Assembly: GCA_030038445.1 (NCBI GenBank)
Contig: JASHOW010000025.1
Span: 1,281 to 65,280 of the forward strand
DNA: 64,000 nt
Reading direction: 5' to 3'
Origin: Nitrosopumilaceae archaeon
Lineage (GTDB): Archaea; Thermoproteota; Nitrososphaeria; Nitrososphaerales; Nitrosopumilaceae
Positions within the stretch are counted from its first letter, which is position 1. Each line of letters begins with the position of its first letter. The notes beneath the pieces were generated by a model, which ran no database searches, was not told the DNA's origin, and saw only the letters and a program-made list of their open reading frames with translations. Shown here one piece after another: positions 30,663-41,016 of the stretch. The position numbers were made by a program, and so were the translations under genes.

Positions 30663-31247
30663 ATGACCAAAGGTGAAGTTCCAAACATCGTAGCCCTCGA
30701 AGTCCTAAAAAAGAACGGTGTGAATGTAGACAAACTCAAAGAACTACTGACTAAAGGAGTAGGTGCAGAGTTTACGACATACTACTATTATACCATACTC
30801 CGAATGCACTGTACAGGACTTGAGGGAGAAGGAATAAAGGAAATCGTAGAAGATGCTAGAATAGAGGACAGAAATCACTTTGAAGCAATGGTACCCAGAC
30901 TGTACGAATTGGGTGGAAGCCTACCAAGAGACATTAGAAAGTTTGCTGACCAAGCAGGTTGTCCAGATGCTTACCTACCAGACAACTGGGAAGATATCAA
31001 TTCCATCCTGAAGGTATTGCTAGAGGCAGAACAATGTGCAATACGTTCATGGGGTGAGGTCTGTGATATGACTGCAGGGAAGGACCCAAGAACATATGAC
31101 ATTGCCCAAAGAATAATGCAGGAAGAAGTCGAACACGAAGCATGGTTCATAGAATTGTTATCAAAGAGACCATCAGGACACTTTAGAAGAAAGTTTGCTG
31201 GACAGTCTCCGCACACTGGATCGCAAGGCGGTCTGATACACCTCTAA
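30663..31247 (+). CDS. dps: DPS-like (DpsL) ferritin-superfamily protein
   Basis: [39 protein letters not shown]. Confidence 0.92.
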   Translation: MTKGEVPNIVALEVLKKNGVNVDKLKELLTKGVGAEFTTYYYYTILRMHCTGLEGEGIKEIVEDARIEDRNHFEAMVPRLYELGGSLPRDIRKFADQAGCPDAYLPDNWEDINSILKVLLEAEQCAIRSWGEVCDMTAGKDPRTYDIAQRIMQEEVEHEAWFIELLSKRPSGHFRRKFAGQSPHTGSQGGLIHL

Positions 31248-31283
31248 GAATTAAATATTTTCCAATTTTTTTAATTTTTAGTC

Positions 31284-31661
31284 ATGAAAGATACCATAAA
31301 GGAAGAACGATATCCAGTTTGCAAAAGCGCGGAACTTGCAGATAACACCATGAGGAAGATAACTGTGGATACGATAGATCTGCTAGTGGGAAGAAAGAAT
31401 GGAAAATTGTTTGCATGTGACAATTTCTGCCCTCACAAAGGTGCATCTCTTTCAAAGGGTCACTTTAATGGAGACAACATTGTATGCTATATGCACGGAT
31501 ATGAATACAACCTTTTTACAGGCAAGCTAGAGAAAATGACGTCATGGAAAAAGGAAGACACTTGGGTTGAACAAGATGCGGAGTGGAGAAAATCTGGGGA
31601 TTTGATTTTGTATCCCATATCAGAAGAGGACGGAATGATTTATGTCAAAAAGCCAGGTTAG
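31284..31661 (+). CDS. Rieske [2Fe-2S] protein
   Basis: CPH...C.MHG ligand set. Confidence 0.85.
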   Translation: MKDTIKEERYPVCKSAELADNTMRKITVDTIDLLVGRKNGKLFACDNFCPHKGASLSKGHFNGDNIVCYMHGYEYNLFTGKLEKMTSWKKEDTWVEQDAEWRKSGDLILYPISEEDGMIYVKKPG

Positions 31662-31942
31662 TTTCAGAAGCACATAGTGCAAGAAAGACGTAAATTGAAT
31701 AATCTTTTTCAAATCGTTTGATCTTAATTTTAACAAGCATTGTGCACCCATAAGGTAGAACAGTGTAGCAAATATGCAACCATAAACAAGAAACTGTTCA
31801 CAGTCTTACCGTCACGATGTAGAAATACGACCATCGCGCGCAGACAATAAACAGATAATCCACTCGCAGGTGTTGCATTTCTGTTAAGTCAATTAGCTTT
31901 GTTCATAATGTGGCATCTAATCTTAAAATCATACAATCATTT

Positions 31943-32176
31943 TCATATTGACAGACTGTATACTGCAACCCTCTTTCGATTTTTCCCAATAACATATCTT
32001 ATTTTCACGTATTTTAATTCGGCCAGTCTTTTAACTAATCTATATACCGTGCTTAGTGGAATGTCTGTTTTTTCACTGATAGTATTGATAGTTTTTTCAT
32101 TACTTCTTAATGATTCTATAATAAGTTTGTAGTATCTGCCTTGTATTCCAATATTTTTATCATTTTTATTTATCAT
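31943..32176 (-). CDS. Small winged-helix (HTH) regulator directly downstream of a riboswitch
   Basis: KTI..ISEKTDIPLSTVYR.V..L. Confidence 0.75.
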   Translation of the reverse strand: MINKNDKNIGIQGRYYKLIIESLRSNEKTINTISEKTDIPLSTVYRLVKRLAELKYVKIRYVIGKNRKRVAVYSLSI

Positions 32177-32193
32177 GTCTACTAATCCTCCAT

Positions 32194-32256
32194 GTAGACA
32201 TTATCAGCATCGCGCGATGCAGTTTAGGAGCTTATTCCATGGCTAATGCCATAGCC
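32194..32256 (-). ncRNA. Fluoride riboswitch aptamer, copy 3
   Basis: GGCTATGGCATTAGCCATGGAATAAGCTCCTAAACTGCATCGCGCGATGCTGATAATGTCTAC. Confidence 0.92.
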
Positions 32257-32367
32257 AACAGGTTAAAAATCCGAAATAGTAGATTTAAACTTTCAGACAT
32301 GTATACGAAATGGAGTTTCAAACCATAATCAATGTAAAATCCTAAATCAGAGAAATTTTAATTAGAT

Positions 32368-32793
32368 TTGAGCATAATGCCCGTACAGAAGATAATGATA
32401 GGATATGATGGTTCTGAATCATCCGAACGTGCATTAGAGTTAGCTATAGATTTGGCAAAACAATGTGATGCTGAGATACACCTTGTATTTGTAGTTAATG
32501 AACCAACAGGTATGATGAATCCCATTCCTGATGAAGTGTACCAATCTCTTGTAAATATTGGAGAGAGGACCCTGCTAAATGCGATACAACAGGTAAAAAA
32601 ACAGTTTTTAAAATACATAACACATTTAGAGACTGGTAACTCTGGAGAGAAATTATTAGAGCTCGCAGACGAGATTAAGCCAGATTTGATAATAATTGGT
32701 GCCATCAAGCATTCATCTTCTGAGAAATTACTTGGTACAGTCTCATCTCATTTCTTAAAATCTAGAAAACACCCTATTCTTTTAGTACCGTAA
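32368..32793 (+). CDS. Universal stress protein (UspA family)
   Basis: KIMIGYDGSE.S.RAL, DLIIIG, LLGTVS, PILLV. Confidence 0.9.
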   Translation: MSIMPVQKIMIGYDGSESSERALELAIDLAKQCDAEIHLVFVVNEPTGMMNPIPDEVYQSLVNIGERTLLNAIQQVKKQFLKYITHLETGNSGEKLLELADEIKPDLIIIGAIKHSSSEKLLGTVSSHFLKSRKHPILLVP

Positions 32794-32795
32794 AA

Positions 32796-34832
32796 CTACA
32801 TTATCACAAAAAAAGTATACAGCATGACAAAAATGAATGCTACCATAATGTAGATAAGATATACAAATAACTTGCCTGGCATTATCTTTCTGGCAGCATG
32901 ATATGAGAGAGAAAGAGCATATTTTGTCAGTAGGTCATAAAGTTTTTTGAAAACATCCAAAACTTCTAGTTCTACGATGTATTCTTCTGGAGAAAGAATC
33001 ACAGGACGGCGAATGGCACCTACTTGTATTATCCTCTCTTTTGTCCTAAATAGAAAACTTAGCATGATTCTGATCGGAGTACTATAACCAAATGAGTTGT
33101 ATAATTCAAAAGTACTGGTTGGTTGGTTCTGCCCACTAAACCATCCATATGTTTTTCTTATCTTCCATTTTGCGCCCCACCGCGTTATGGCATATGGTAT
33201 AACTAAAAGACATAACATGAAGATTGCTACAAATGTAGGAGAGAAGCCTCCAAATGGACTTCCAGATAAGATTACAAAATGTGCCGGAATTCCCAAGAGA
33301 CCAGTAACAAAGATATCAAACGTTTTTTCTCGCAAGATCTGGTTTGCGCCGCTTGATGCAAGAAGAAATATTCCTGGTGCCAAAACTCCCAATGCGATTA
33401 TAAGAATTAGAAAATAGTACGAGCTTGCGCGTATGATCGGCATCTTCTTGATGTTGTTATTACCATTAGATTCAACCATCCCGGATAACAATACTCCAAA
33501 TCCATACACCTTTGTCATCGCTATAATTACTACTCCAGTAGCCAGAGCCACTATTGCTCCAATTATAGTGCCAACAATTTGGCTAGTAGTGTCGCCAAAT
33601 CTAAACGATTGAAATAATGACTCTAGTATCATCCATTCAGAAACAAACCCTGCAAGTGGTGGAACTGCTGCCAGTGAAAGTATGGTAGCCATCCCTGCCA
33701 GATATGTACCATCTTTTGCTGCCTTTGTTGAAGATCGATTGTTAAGATCAAAACTCTCTTTGAGTTTACTTTTCCACCCCATTATGAGGAATAACGAAGC
33801 TTTTGAAATAGAGTGAGAAAAGGCATGATATAGTGCTGCAATAAGAGCAAACCCACTGAGTAATGGCAGATTATAATATGACGCTAGTATATAGACGCCT
33901 ACTGCTACTATAATTAGTCCATTATTTTCTATTGTACTATACGCTGGTAGACCCTTAGAATGTTCTGATACGGAAGCAAAAAGAGCCCCCAATAACGCAG
34001 AGATTCCACCAATAACAAGTGTAATCCAACCCCACCACAGTTCGGAGTGGCCAAGATGTGACAAGATGTTGATGTAGCCATAAACACCCATGAGCGTCAG
34101 AGTAGCAGAGAGGATTGCAGATGCATTAGATGGAGCATTAGAGTGAGCGATTGGCAGCCATTCACTCATATGAAATGGCGCAATCCCCATCTTCAGTCCA
34201 AACCCTACAAGAGATGCAACAAATATCCATGAGAGGGTAATTTCACTTGCATGAATCGTGGAAGTCGAAAGAAAGTTAAAACTGCCTACTGATGAAAACA
34301 TGCCCACAAATGCTAGCATGACAAAAACTGTACTTGCTTCTCCAAAACCTAGAAAGAGAAAGGCAGCTTTTCGTATTACATCAGGTTTGCCTCTTCCTTG
34401 TAGGATCATGAAAAATGCACTTATGGTCATAGATTCCCAACCCACTAGGAATGAAATTGCATCACCTGCCAGAATTATAATCACCATAGAAAACATTGTA
34501 AGAACAAGTAATGACGATAATCCATTAGGATAGTCATCATATCGTAATGAGTACAGACATGTTCCAAACCATACAAGGCAAGAAATGAGCAGGAACAAAG
34601 AATTGAATGGAGTTAACAAAAATTCAAATGAGCTATTTTGTGTTACCTGCCACAAGACAAGATCAATTCTGTTAGCACCACCAAGCAACATCCATAATGA
34701 AAGAGATATCCCAAGTGCAGAACCTATTGTTCCCAATACATAACAAAAGATCTTTGAAATGCGTCCAATAGCAACAGCTGTGGCAAATGATACAAAGACT
34801 CCAAAAAGAATGATGACGGGTAGATAATCCAA
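32796..34832 (-). CDS. hyfB: HyfB/NuoL-like proton-translocating membrane subunit
   Basis: GWESM, K.G..PFH..WLP.AH..APS, AYSTIEN, PPL.GFVSEW. Confidence 0.85.
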   Translation of the reverse strand: MDYLPVIILFGVFVSFATAVAIGRISKIFCYVLGTIGSALGISLSLWMLLGGANRIDLVLWQVTQNSSFEFLLTPFNSLFLLISCLVWFGTCLYSLRYDDYPNGLSSLLVLTMFSMVIIILAGDAISFLVGWESMTISAFFMILQGRGKPDVIRKAAFLFLGFGEASTVFVMLAFVGMFSSVGSFNFLSTSTIHASEITLSWIFVASLVGFGLKMGIAPFHMSEWLPIAHSNAPSNASAILSATLTLMGVYGYINILSHLGHSELWWGWITLVIGGISALLGALFASVSEHSKGLPAYSTIENNGLIIVAVGVYILASYYNLPLLSGFALIAALYHAFSHSISKASLFLIMGWKSKLKESFDLNNRSSTKAAKDGTYLAGMATILSLAAVPPLAGFVSEWMILESLFQSFRFGDTTSQIVGTIIGAIVALATGVVIIAMTKVYGFGVLLSGMVESNGNNNIKKMPIIRASSYYFLILIIALGVLAPGIFLLASSGANQILREKTFDIFVTGLLGIPAHFVILSGSPFGGFSPTFVAIFMLCLLVIPYAITRWGAKWKIRKTYGWFSGQNQPTSTFELYNSFGYSTPIRIMLSFLFRTKERIIQVGAIRRPVILSPEEYIVELEVLDVFKKLYDLLTKYALSLSYHAARKIMPGKLFVYLIYIMVAFIFVMLYTFFVIM

Positions 34833-34836
34833 GGAT

Positions 34837-35619
34837 CTAAGTTTCTCCTTTTGATTTTATCATGTCTGTCTCCTGTCCTTTTACACATCTGTCCATGCAT
34901 AGTAACAAGCCCTCTAAGATCTGAATAGGAGTAGGCGGACAACCTGGAACAATTACATCTGTTGGTATCACATCTTGTACTGGGGAAACAAAACTTTCAG
35001 TGTCTTTGAATACTCCCCCGCTAATAGCACATGCTCCAATTGAAATCACAAATTTTGGCTCTGGCATGCTTTCGTAGGTTTGTTTCAAGACGTTTGTCAT
35101 GGCTTTATTTAATGCACCCACAACAACAAGTACATCTGCGTGTTTGGGTGAATTAGTAAAAAAGATCCCCAGTCTTGTCAGGTCATAATATGGATTAGCA
35201 AGATTTAGTACCTCAATGTTGCATGCATTACACGAACCTACATCTATCATCAAAATGTGAAATGATTTCTGAAATGTTTTTGCCTTTGTCTTAAAGGCGG
35301 CATAGAGGTCTTTATTTGCATCTTTATTTTGCAAGATTTTTGCCTGTAGTGCAGTTTTCCTAGATTTTGTACCATCCTCAAAGAAAAATGAGGCGTCAGA
35401 GCAACGCCTACAGTATATACATTTTCCAAGATCTATATTTGCCTCGTTTTCTATTGCTCCAGTAGGACACAGTTCTTTACCTACGGTCCAATTTGATTCC
35501 TGTACAGAAGTGGGTGGGACAGATTTTAGCGGTATCTCTTCTGGGGTTGGTTCCTTCTTAGGATATTTGGTAGTCAGTATTCCATTTTTAATTCCATGTA
35601 GAACCCAGAACTTGACCAA
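34837..35619 (-). CDS. Fused 4Fe-4S (HyfH/NuoI-like) and small subunit (HyfI/NuoB-like)
   Basis: CPTGAI, CIYCRRC, GSCNAC..E, GACA.SGG, PGCPP. Confidence 0.85.
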   Translation of the reverse strand: MVKFWVLHGIKNGILTTKYPKKEPTPEEIPLKSVPPTSVQESNWTVGKELCPTGAIENEANIDLGKCIYCRRCSDASFFFEDGTKSRKTALQAKILQNKDANKDLYAAFKTKAKTFQKSFHILMIDVGSCNACNIEVLNLANPYYDLTRLGIFFTNSPKHADVLVVVGALNKAMTNVLKQTYESMPEPKFVISIGACAISGGVFKDTESFVSPVQDVIPTDVIVPGCPPTPIQILEGLLLCMDRCVKGQETDMIKSKGET

Positions 35620-35628
35620 TTTTTCACC

Positions 35629-36966
35629 TCACCGATCCGAATCCGCATATGAAAGGCCATAACTTTCATACGCAAATTGAAAGTCGGTAAACACGTTACC
35701 CTCCAAACTCTTTGCAAGTGGTAACCAGTTGACTAGGGAAGATGGCCTCATGTGTAGTAATTTAATTCGACCTGTTTTATCTATCTGAACTGCATGAATT
35801 AGATCGCCACTTGGACTTTCAATTCTACAGAATGAAAAAGATGCTTGTTCATCATATCGCTCGGAAGAAACATCCAGTTTGCTTGGTGCATGACCATCAA
35901 CTGGCATCTTGTCCAAGAGTTGTTCTAATAGGAATACACTAGACTGGATTTCGTGAATTCTAACCATCGTCCTAGCCATGGTGTCCCCTTCTTCATCAGT
36001 CTTTAAATCTACAAAGACATCATTGTATGGCTCTATAGGATACGTCAGCCTATCATCCCATTCTATTGCTGAAGCTCGTGCGGACGGACCAACAGCTCCC
36101 ATTTTTAACGCATCTTGATTTGATAATCTTGCAGTATTTTGTAACCTATCTAGAAATATTCTAGAAGAAAGAAAATAAGTTACAAGATTAGAAAACTTGT
36201 TTGTTATTTCTTTGATCTCGTTTAAAAGTGATCTTCTCTCTTCCTTTGAGAGAAGATTGTGAGAGACGCCACCGACTCTGTTAAATCCAAATAGATACCT
36301 ATGACCAAAATATTTTGCATTAATTCGAAGTACTCTCTCTTTTAACACATGTGTTTCAGCAGCCGAGACATTTTGAGTAGCAGCCTCAGACAGGCGACCA
36401 AAGACATGCAGGTGGTTGTAGATTCTTTCTAGTTCAATTGCTATGGCTCTAATCCATTTCGACCTTGAGGGCACTTCCAGATTCAAAATAGTTTCCACTG
36501 CTGTTACAAAACATGTCGAGTATGATGCAGAAAAATTTCCAGCGGATCTTTCTATTAAAAGTAATGCATCATTAGGCTGCATTCCAATTACTTTTCTTTC
36601 GATTCCTCGTTTTTTGAAATTGATTTGTGGTATGATTTTGACAATGCGTTCACCGTACGTTATTAATTTAAATCCTCCAGATTCTGGTACTCCAGAGCTT
36701 ACTGGGCCATAGGGAAAAGCAAAGATTCCATACCCTTCGACTTTTCCTCCCATATCGAGGTCTATCTGATGTCCAGGCTGTACATCTTTAAGGAATATTT
36801 CTGATTCTTCACCAAGTCTGAGAGGAATATCACTTAGGATTGTTTTTCTGTTTTCAATATCTGATAGTAATGCCAGTGTCCTTCCATCTATTTCAAATAT
36901 AGATGAGATTTGGACATTAGTGTTGATCTCGGCAACTTGTTTTTGTATAACAAAATTAGGAATCAT
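35629..36966 (-). CDS. Hydrogenase large-subunit homolog (HyfG/HycE/NuoD-like) lacking Ni-binding cysteines (Ehr type)
   Basis: GPV..G..E, ELERIYNHL, E.P.G; L1 site reads ERSAGNFS and L2 site reads YGLSYADSDR. Confidence 0.85.
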   Translation of the reverse strand: MIPNFVIQKQVAEINTNVQISSIFEIDGRTLALLSDIENRKTILSDIPLRLGEESEIFLKDVQPGHQIDLDMGGKVEGYGIFAFPYGPVSSGVPESGGFKLITYGERIVKIIPQINFKKRGIERKVIGMQPNDALLLIERSAGNFSASYSTCFVTAVETILNLEVPSRSKWIRAIAIELERIYNHLHVFGRLSEAATQNVSAAETHVLKERVLRINAKYFGHRYLFGFNRVGGVSHNLLSKEERRSLLNEIKEITNKFSNLVTYFLSSRIFLDRLQNTARLSNQDALKMGAVGPSARASAIEWDDRLTYPIEPYNDVFVDLKTDEEGDTMARTMVRIHEIQSSVFLLEQLLDKMPVDGHAPSKLDVSSERYDEQASFSFCRIESPSGDLIHAVQIDKTGRIKLLHMRPSSLVNWLPLAKSLEGNVFTDFQFAYESYGLSYADSDR

Positions 36967-36983
36967 TTTGCACTCTCCATTTT

Positions 36984-38456
36984 TTATTTCATTCCTGATA
37001 CAGCATGGAGAAATATAGGAAACATGTAAATCCCAATCACTAAAGATATGCCAAGATTTATCATAGGAATCAAAATAGAAAGTCGATTTTCTTTTTTAGG
37101 TTTTGAAATCGACTTCCCTTCATAGTCATGAACAGACAATGTGGAATTTTGAGAAGATTCTTCTGTAGATACGTTAGTCTGTTGACCAAAGACCATCAAA
37201 GTTGTCTGCCTATTCAGGCCAATGAAGGCGTAGATATAGATGACGGCAAGAATTATTGTTAATAGAAAATTTCCAGACAACATTGCTTGCGACATGATCA
37301 TGAATTCACCTAAGAAGACGCCGAAGGGTGGAGCTCCTGTAACTGACAGACAAGAGAGAGTGAAAAGATATCCTGTAGATTTCAGTCTATGAATAACACC
37401 TTGGATATCACTCATTTTTGTAGTATTGTACTCAGCAACCATATTTCCAGAAGAATAGAAAGCAGCAGACTTGGCAAAAGCGTGAGATACTATCTGAATA
37501 ATTGCTCCAAGAATCCCAATTCCTCCAAGCGCAATACCAACTAGGATTATTCCCATATTTTCCATGCTTGAATATGCTAACATTCTTTTGTAGTTTCGCT
37601 GATGTCCAATTATTATTGCGGCAATTAGAGATGTCATGACACCAAAGCCTATCACTAAATTTTGCAGATCAGCAAATGTAGTGGTTCCTTGTAAGAGAAC
37701 AAACGTTCTACTAAAGGCATAAAGTGAAGTTGGTAGAAGAACAGCCGAGAACATGGCGCTGATTGGCGACGGTGCTTCGCTATGTGCATCTGGGAGCCAT
37801 GCATGCATTGGCGCAATTCCTGCCTTTGTGCCATACCCCACAAGCGCAAATCCGACTGCCATAGACATGATCATTAGGTTTTTTGGTGGCTGGTGCAATA
37901 ATGTAGAAAATTGCAATGTTCCCTGAGAAGAGAATACAAATATGACAGATAGGAGAGATATCACAAGCCCAGCTGAAACTATCAGTGTATACCTCCATGC
38001 TGCCTCTATACTTGTTCGTTCCCTCTCAAGTGCTATCAGCAGAGCGCTGGTAACAGTGGTTGCCTCTACTGCAAGCCAGACAAAGCCCAGATCATTTACT
38101 GTAACGGCAAGAAGCATAGTAAAGGCAAAAAGATTCATCAGGCAATAATACCACCTAAATCGAAGAAAGGATTCTTTTATTCTCTTCAGGTAAAAGATAG
38201 AATATGCAACTGACGTTAGAAAAATAGCAGATATCGTTATTGACATTATCCTAGTCAAGCCATCAACATAGAAGTAACCGTACGTTCCAGAAGGTTCTGA
38301 AATTAATATGATAAGAGAGGCAGTAACAGATATGGCAGCCATGACAAGCGAAGATACCATTTCCACGCCTTTCTTAGGTAATAATGAAATTAACGCTCCA
38401 GATAATGGAGCTCCTAATAATATTAAAAGTAAAAATTCAGGTCCCATCTCAACCAC
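36984..38456 (-). CDS. hyfF: HyfF/NuoN-like membrane subunit
   Basis: EATT..SA, EAAWRY, GYGTK.G.APMH.WLPDAHSEAP, KRMLAYSS.E. Confidence 0.88.
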   Translation of the reverse strand: MVEMGPEFLLLILLGAPLSGALISLLPKKGVEMVSSLVMAAISVTASLIILISEPSGTYGYFYVDGLTRIMSITISAIFLTSVAYSIFYLKRIKESFLRFRWYYCLMNLFAFTMLLAVTVNDLGFVWLAVEATTVTSALLIALERERTSIEAAWRYTLIVSAGLVISLLSVIFVFSSQGTLQFSTLLHQPPKNLMIMSMAVGFALVGYGTKAGIAPMHAWLPDAHSEAPSPISAMFSAVLLPTSLYAFSRTFVLLQGTTTFADLQNLVIGFGVMTSLIAAIIIGHQRNYKRMLAYSSMENMGIILVGIALGGIGILGAIIQIVSHAFAKSAAFYSSGNMVAEYNTTKMSDIQGVIHRLKSTGYLFTLSCLSVTGAPPFGVFLGEFMIMSQAMLSGNFLLTIILAVIYIYAFIGLNRQTTLMVFGQQTNVSTEESSQNSTLSVHDYEGKSISKPKKENRLSILIPMINLGISLVIGIYMFPIFLHAVSGMK

Positions 38457-39108
38457 TCAACTGATCCAGATCCGATGGTTCTAGTGTTTTGAATGCATCT
38501 CTTTGCGCAGAAAGAATAACGCCGATGATCACAACTCCCATCACATCAAGCACTACAGCAAATTCCGTTAAGAGCTGTATTCCTGGGGCAATCAAAGCTC
38601 CCATATACAAAATACCATTTTCTTCTTGTATGTATCCGCACATTTGTGTAAGCGAGTTTTTTCTTGTAATAATCAGAAGAAATCCGAGTAAAAGAAGAAC
38701 GAATGGAATCGATATTTCAGGATTTGAAAAATATGGCAACACAACAGATTTGAATATAGCATATCCAATTATGATGATGATAATGCCTGTCAATACAAGT
38801 GACGGAGTTTTCTGGCTTGTACCAGTTTCTCTAAGCTTATGTCTGAAGTGTTTTACTTGGTAGAGCATAACTAACGGAAACACAATGCCACGCATGACTC
38901 CTGTTATAATAGCAAGGTAGAGGAGATTCAGATCGTCTGTGTGTAAAAACAAAATAACTATGAGTGCAGTAATTAGTAGGGATTGGATTGCTATGGCACG
39001 TATTGTTGGATCTACAAAGGATTGACCTTGCATATAGAGACTAGACAGGAGTACAGATATTCCTAGAAAACCTACTATTTCCTCGTAAAATGGAACTACA
39101 AAGACCAA
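38449..39108 (-). CDS. hyfE: HyfE-like membrane subunit
   Basis: Seven TM helices, Q..GY..EENG, E..V.LD. Confidence 0.8.
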   Translation of the reverse strand: MVFVVPFYEEIVGFLGISVLLSSLYMQGQSFVDPTIRAIAIQSLLITALIVILFLHTDDLNLLYLAIITGVMRGIVFPLVMLYQVKHFRHKLRETGTSQKTPSLVLTGIIIIIIGYAIFKSVVLPYFSNPEISIPFVLLLLGFLLIITRKNSLTQMCGYIQEENGILYMGALIAPGIQLLTEFAVVLDVMGVVIIGVILSAQRDAFKTLEPSDLDQLSG

Positions 39109-39109
39109 T

Positions 39110-40075
39110 TTACGTCACTTTTCCTCCTAAAAATAGCGCAAGAATGGAAAGTAATGCTAAACTAAAGGAAATTGAGAGAAAATCCAATATTTTGAAGAGG
39201 CGCAGCTTGGCAAATGTTTCTTCTATTATAACTATAATAACAATCAGGGCAAGCAGTTTAAAAAACAGGGTACCAACTGAATAAAGTGCGCCAGTTACAC
39301 TTACATCCCCAGACATCCACCAGGGAATAACGAATACATTAAGAAACACAGCCATCAAAAGAAATTGTTTCATGTATCCTCCCCATCTTGATATGGCAAG
39401 CAGTTTGCCGGAATATTCTATTACCTTCGCATCATCTATCATGCCAAATTCTACAAGACCTGAGCTTTCTACTGGGAGTCTTCCTGTTTCAACTAAGATT
39501 AGCATGAAGAAGGCAGCCATAACAAGGATATGAGTAGCAGAAAGATACCAAGAGGCAGAACTTGCCAATAGATTGTTTGTCGTATACGGATTGTTTGTAC
39601 CTGTAATCATGGCAACTGCAATGAAGATCATGATTAGTGTTGGTTCCGCCAATGCGGTAAATGAAGCGCTACGGCTTGCGCCCATTGTTGAATAATTAGT
39701 ACGAGCATCTATTGCGGCTATAATACTAATTACACCTGCAAACCCAAACATGAGAGCTCCTCCAAGTAGATCCAACAATATACCATATGGAAGAGGATAT
39801 GGTGTCACGATAGGAACTACTAGAGAGATTACTAGATATGCCACAAATGAAACTAGGGGAGCTATGACAAAGAACGATGATGATTTTTCAGGTACAACAA
39901 CTTCTTTTCTTAGAAGTTTAGATAGATCATAATACGGTTGAAAGATTGATGGGCCATGTTTGGATTCAATCATGGATTTTAAACGATTTATGATTCCAGC
40001 AATTAAAGGAGAAAGAAACAACACTGTACCAATTTGAATTATATTTATCAGTTGAAGCGTGATTGGGTCACTCAT
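39110..40075 (-). CDS. hyfC: HyfC/HycD/NuoH-like membrane subunit
   Basis: GPSIFQPYYDL.KL..KE, GASR, ETGRLPV, EYSG. Confidence 0.88.
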   Translation of the reverse strand: MSDPITLQLINIIQIGTVLFLSPLIAGIINRLKSMIESKHGPSIFQPYYDLSKLLRKEVVVPEKSSSFFVIAPLVSFVAYLVISLVVPIVTPYPLPYGILLDLLGGALMFGFAGVISIIAAIDARTNYSTMGASRSASFTALAEPTLIMIFIAVAMITGTNNPYTTNNLLASSASWYLSATHILVMAAFFMLILVETGRLPVESSGLVEFGMIDDAKVIEYSGKLLAISRWGGYMKQFLLMAVFLNVFVIPWWMSGDVSVTGALYSVGTLFFKLLALIVIIVIIEETFAKLRLFKILDFLSISFSLALLSILALFLGGKVT

Positions 40076-40257
40076 TTTTTGTCACCTTTTTTAAAAGAAT
40101 GATTTATTCTATATGCGACAATATATTTTGAAGTAGGTTGCTCAATAATAAAATCATCGTATATTGAATTCAATCTCTCGTTATAATCCAATATACTATA
40201 GTCAAGCATCCATGTCTCCAGTATTTTTTGATTTTGGTTCACTTTTGATCTTTCCAC
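40072..40257 (-). CDS. Riboswitch leader ORF (61 aa) coupled to hyfC
   Basis: GTG start 5 nt after the aptamer; ATGA overlap with hyfC. Confidence 0.5.
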   Translation of the reverse strand: MERSKVNQNQKILETWMLDYSILDYNERLNSIYDDFIIEQPTSKYIVAYRINHSFKKGDKK

Positions 40258-40262
40258 TATCT

Positions 40263-40322
40263 GGAGACATTATCATCCCTTTAGGGCAGTTTAGACGTAT
40301 AGTCAAGGCGAATGTCATCGCC
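40263..40322 (-). ncRNA. Fluoride riboswitch aptamer, copy 4
   Basis: GGCGATGACATTCGCC...TAAACTGCCCTAAAGGGATGATAATGTCTCC; canonical GGCG/CGCC P1. Confidence 0.88.
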
Positions 40323-40542
40323 CTATTGAATTAGTAATGGTGCCTAGCTAAGATTAAAAATGTTGCTCTGAAAGAATTCATTAACTAATCTGATCCTATT
40401 TGTCATTCATCCTTGTTTAAGTATATAACTCATTTTTCTCATAAGGTACGAAAGGTTTTCCGGCGATTTTATCCGCGTCCATATCACACATAACTCTCAG
40501 ATTTAAAAGATAGATTTAACATGTTGTAAACCAACTTTAGTA

Positions 40543-40890
40543 GTGTATTTTATGACTAATGACCCAAATGTTTTAAAGAACCAGACAAAAATGTGGCGTC
40601 TTTTGATCCAGTTTAGGAAAACCGATAAGATTGGAGATGCATTATTAAGAACCGAGTTGATGGCATTATTCAAAAAAGCTGACATATCTGGTGCAACCGA
40701 ATGGTCTGGAATAGGCGGGTATGGTAAACATGGAAAATACTACCAACAACAAGAAGGAATATCAATGGATGCTCCAATGATGTTAGAAGTAATTGACGAA
40801 GTTTCTAAGATCAAGATAATTTTACCAATGCTCAAGGATATTGTAAATGATCATGGATTGATTAGTATCCACGAAGTCATTGTAGTTTAA
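40543..40890 (+). CDS. Second DUF190 PII-like protein
   Basis: ISGAT.W.G.GGYG, S.DAPMMLEVID. Confidence 0.85.
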   Translation: MYFMTNDPNVLKNQTKMWRLLIQFRKTDKIGDALLRTELMALFKKADISGATEWSGIGGYGKHGKYYQQQEGISMDAPMMLEVIDEVSKIKIILPMLKDIVNDHGLISIHEVIVV

Positions 40891-41016
40891 AGGGACTTTT
40901 TATTGAGAAATTAAGAGAGCGCCTATCGTACAAATCGTAGATGTACGATATCATTTACAGATATGTTTTCTTACTAGTTGAAAAACAGGTGATTTTATAA
41001 TGACATAAAATTATCG

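Noticed and set aside
35629-36966. Functional group 4 [NiFe]-hydrogenase or formate hydrogenlyase
   Set aside because: All four Ni-ligating cysteines are missing, and there are no maturation or formate dehydrogenase genes in the window.
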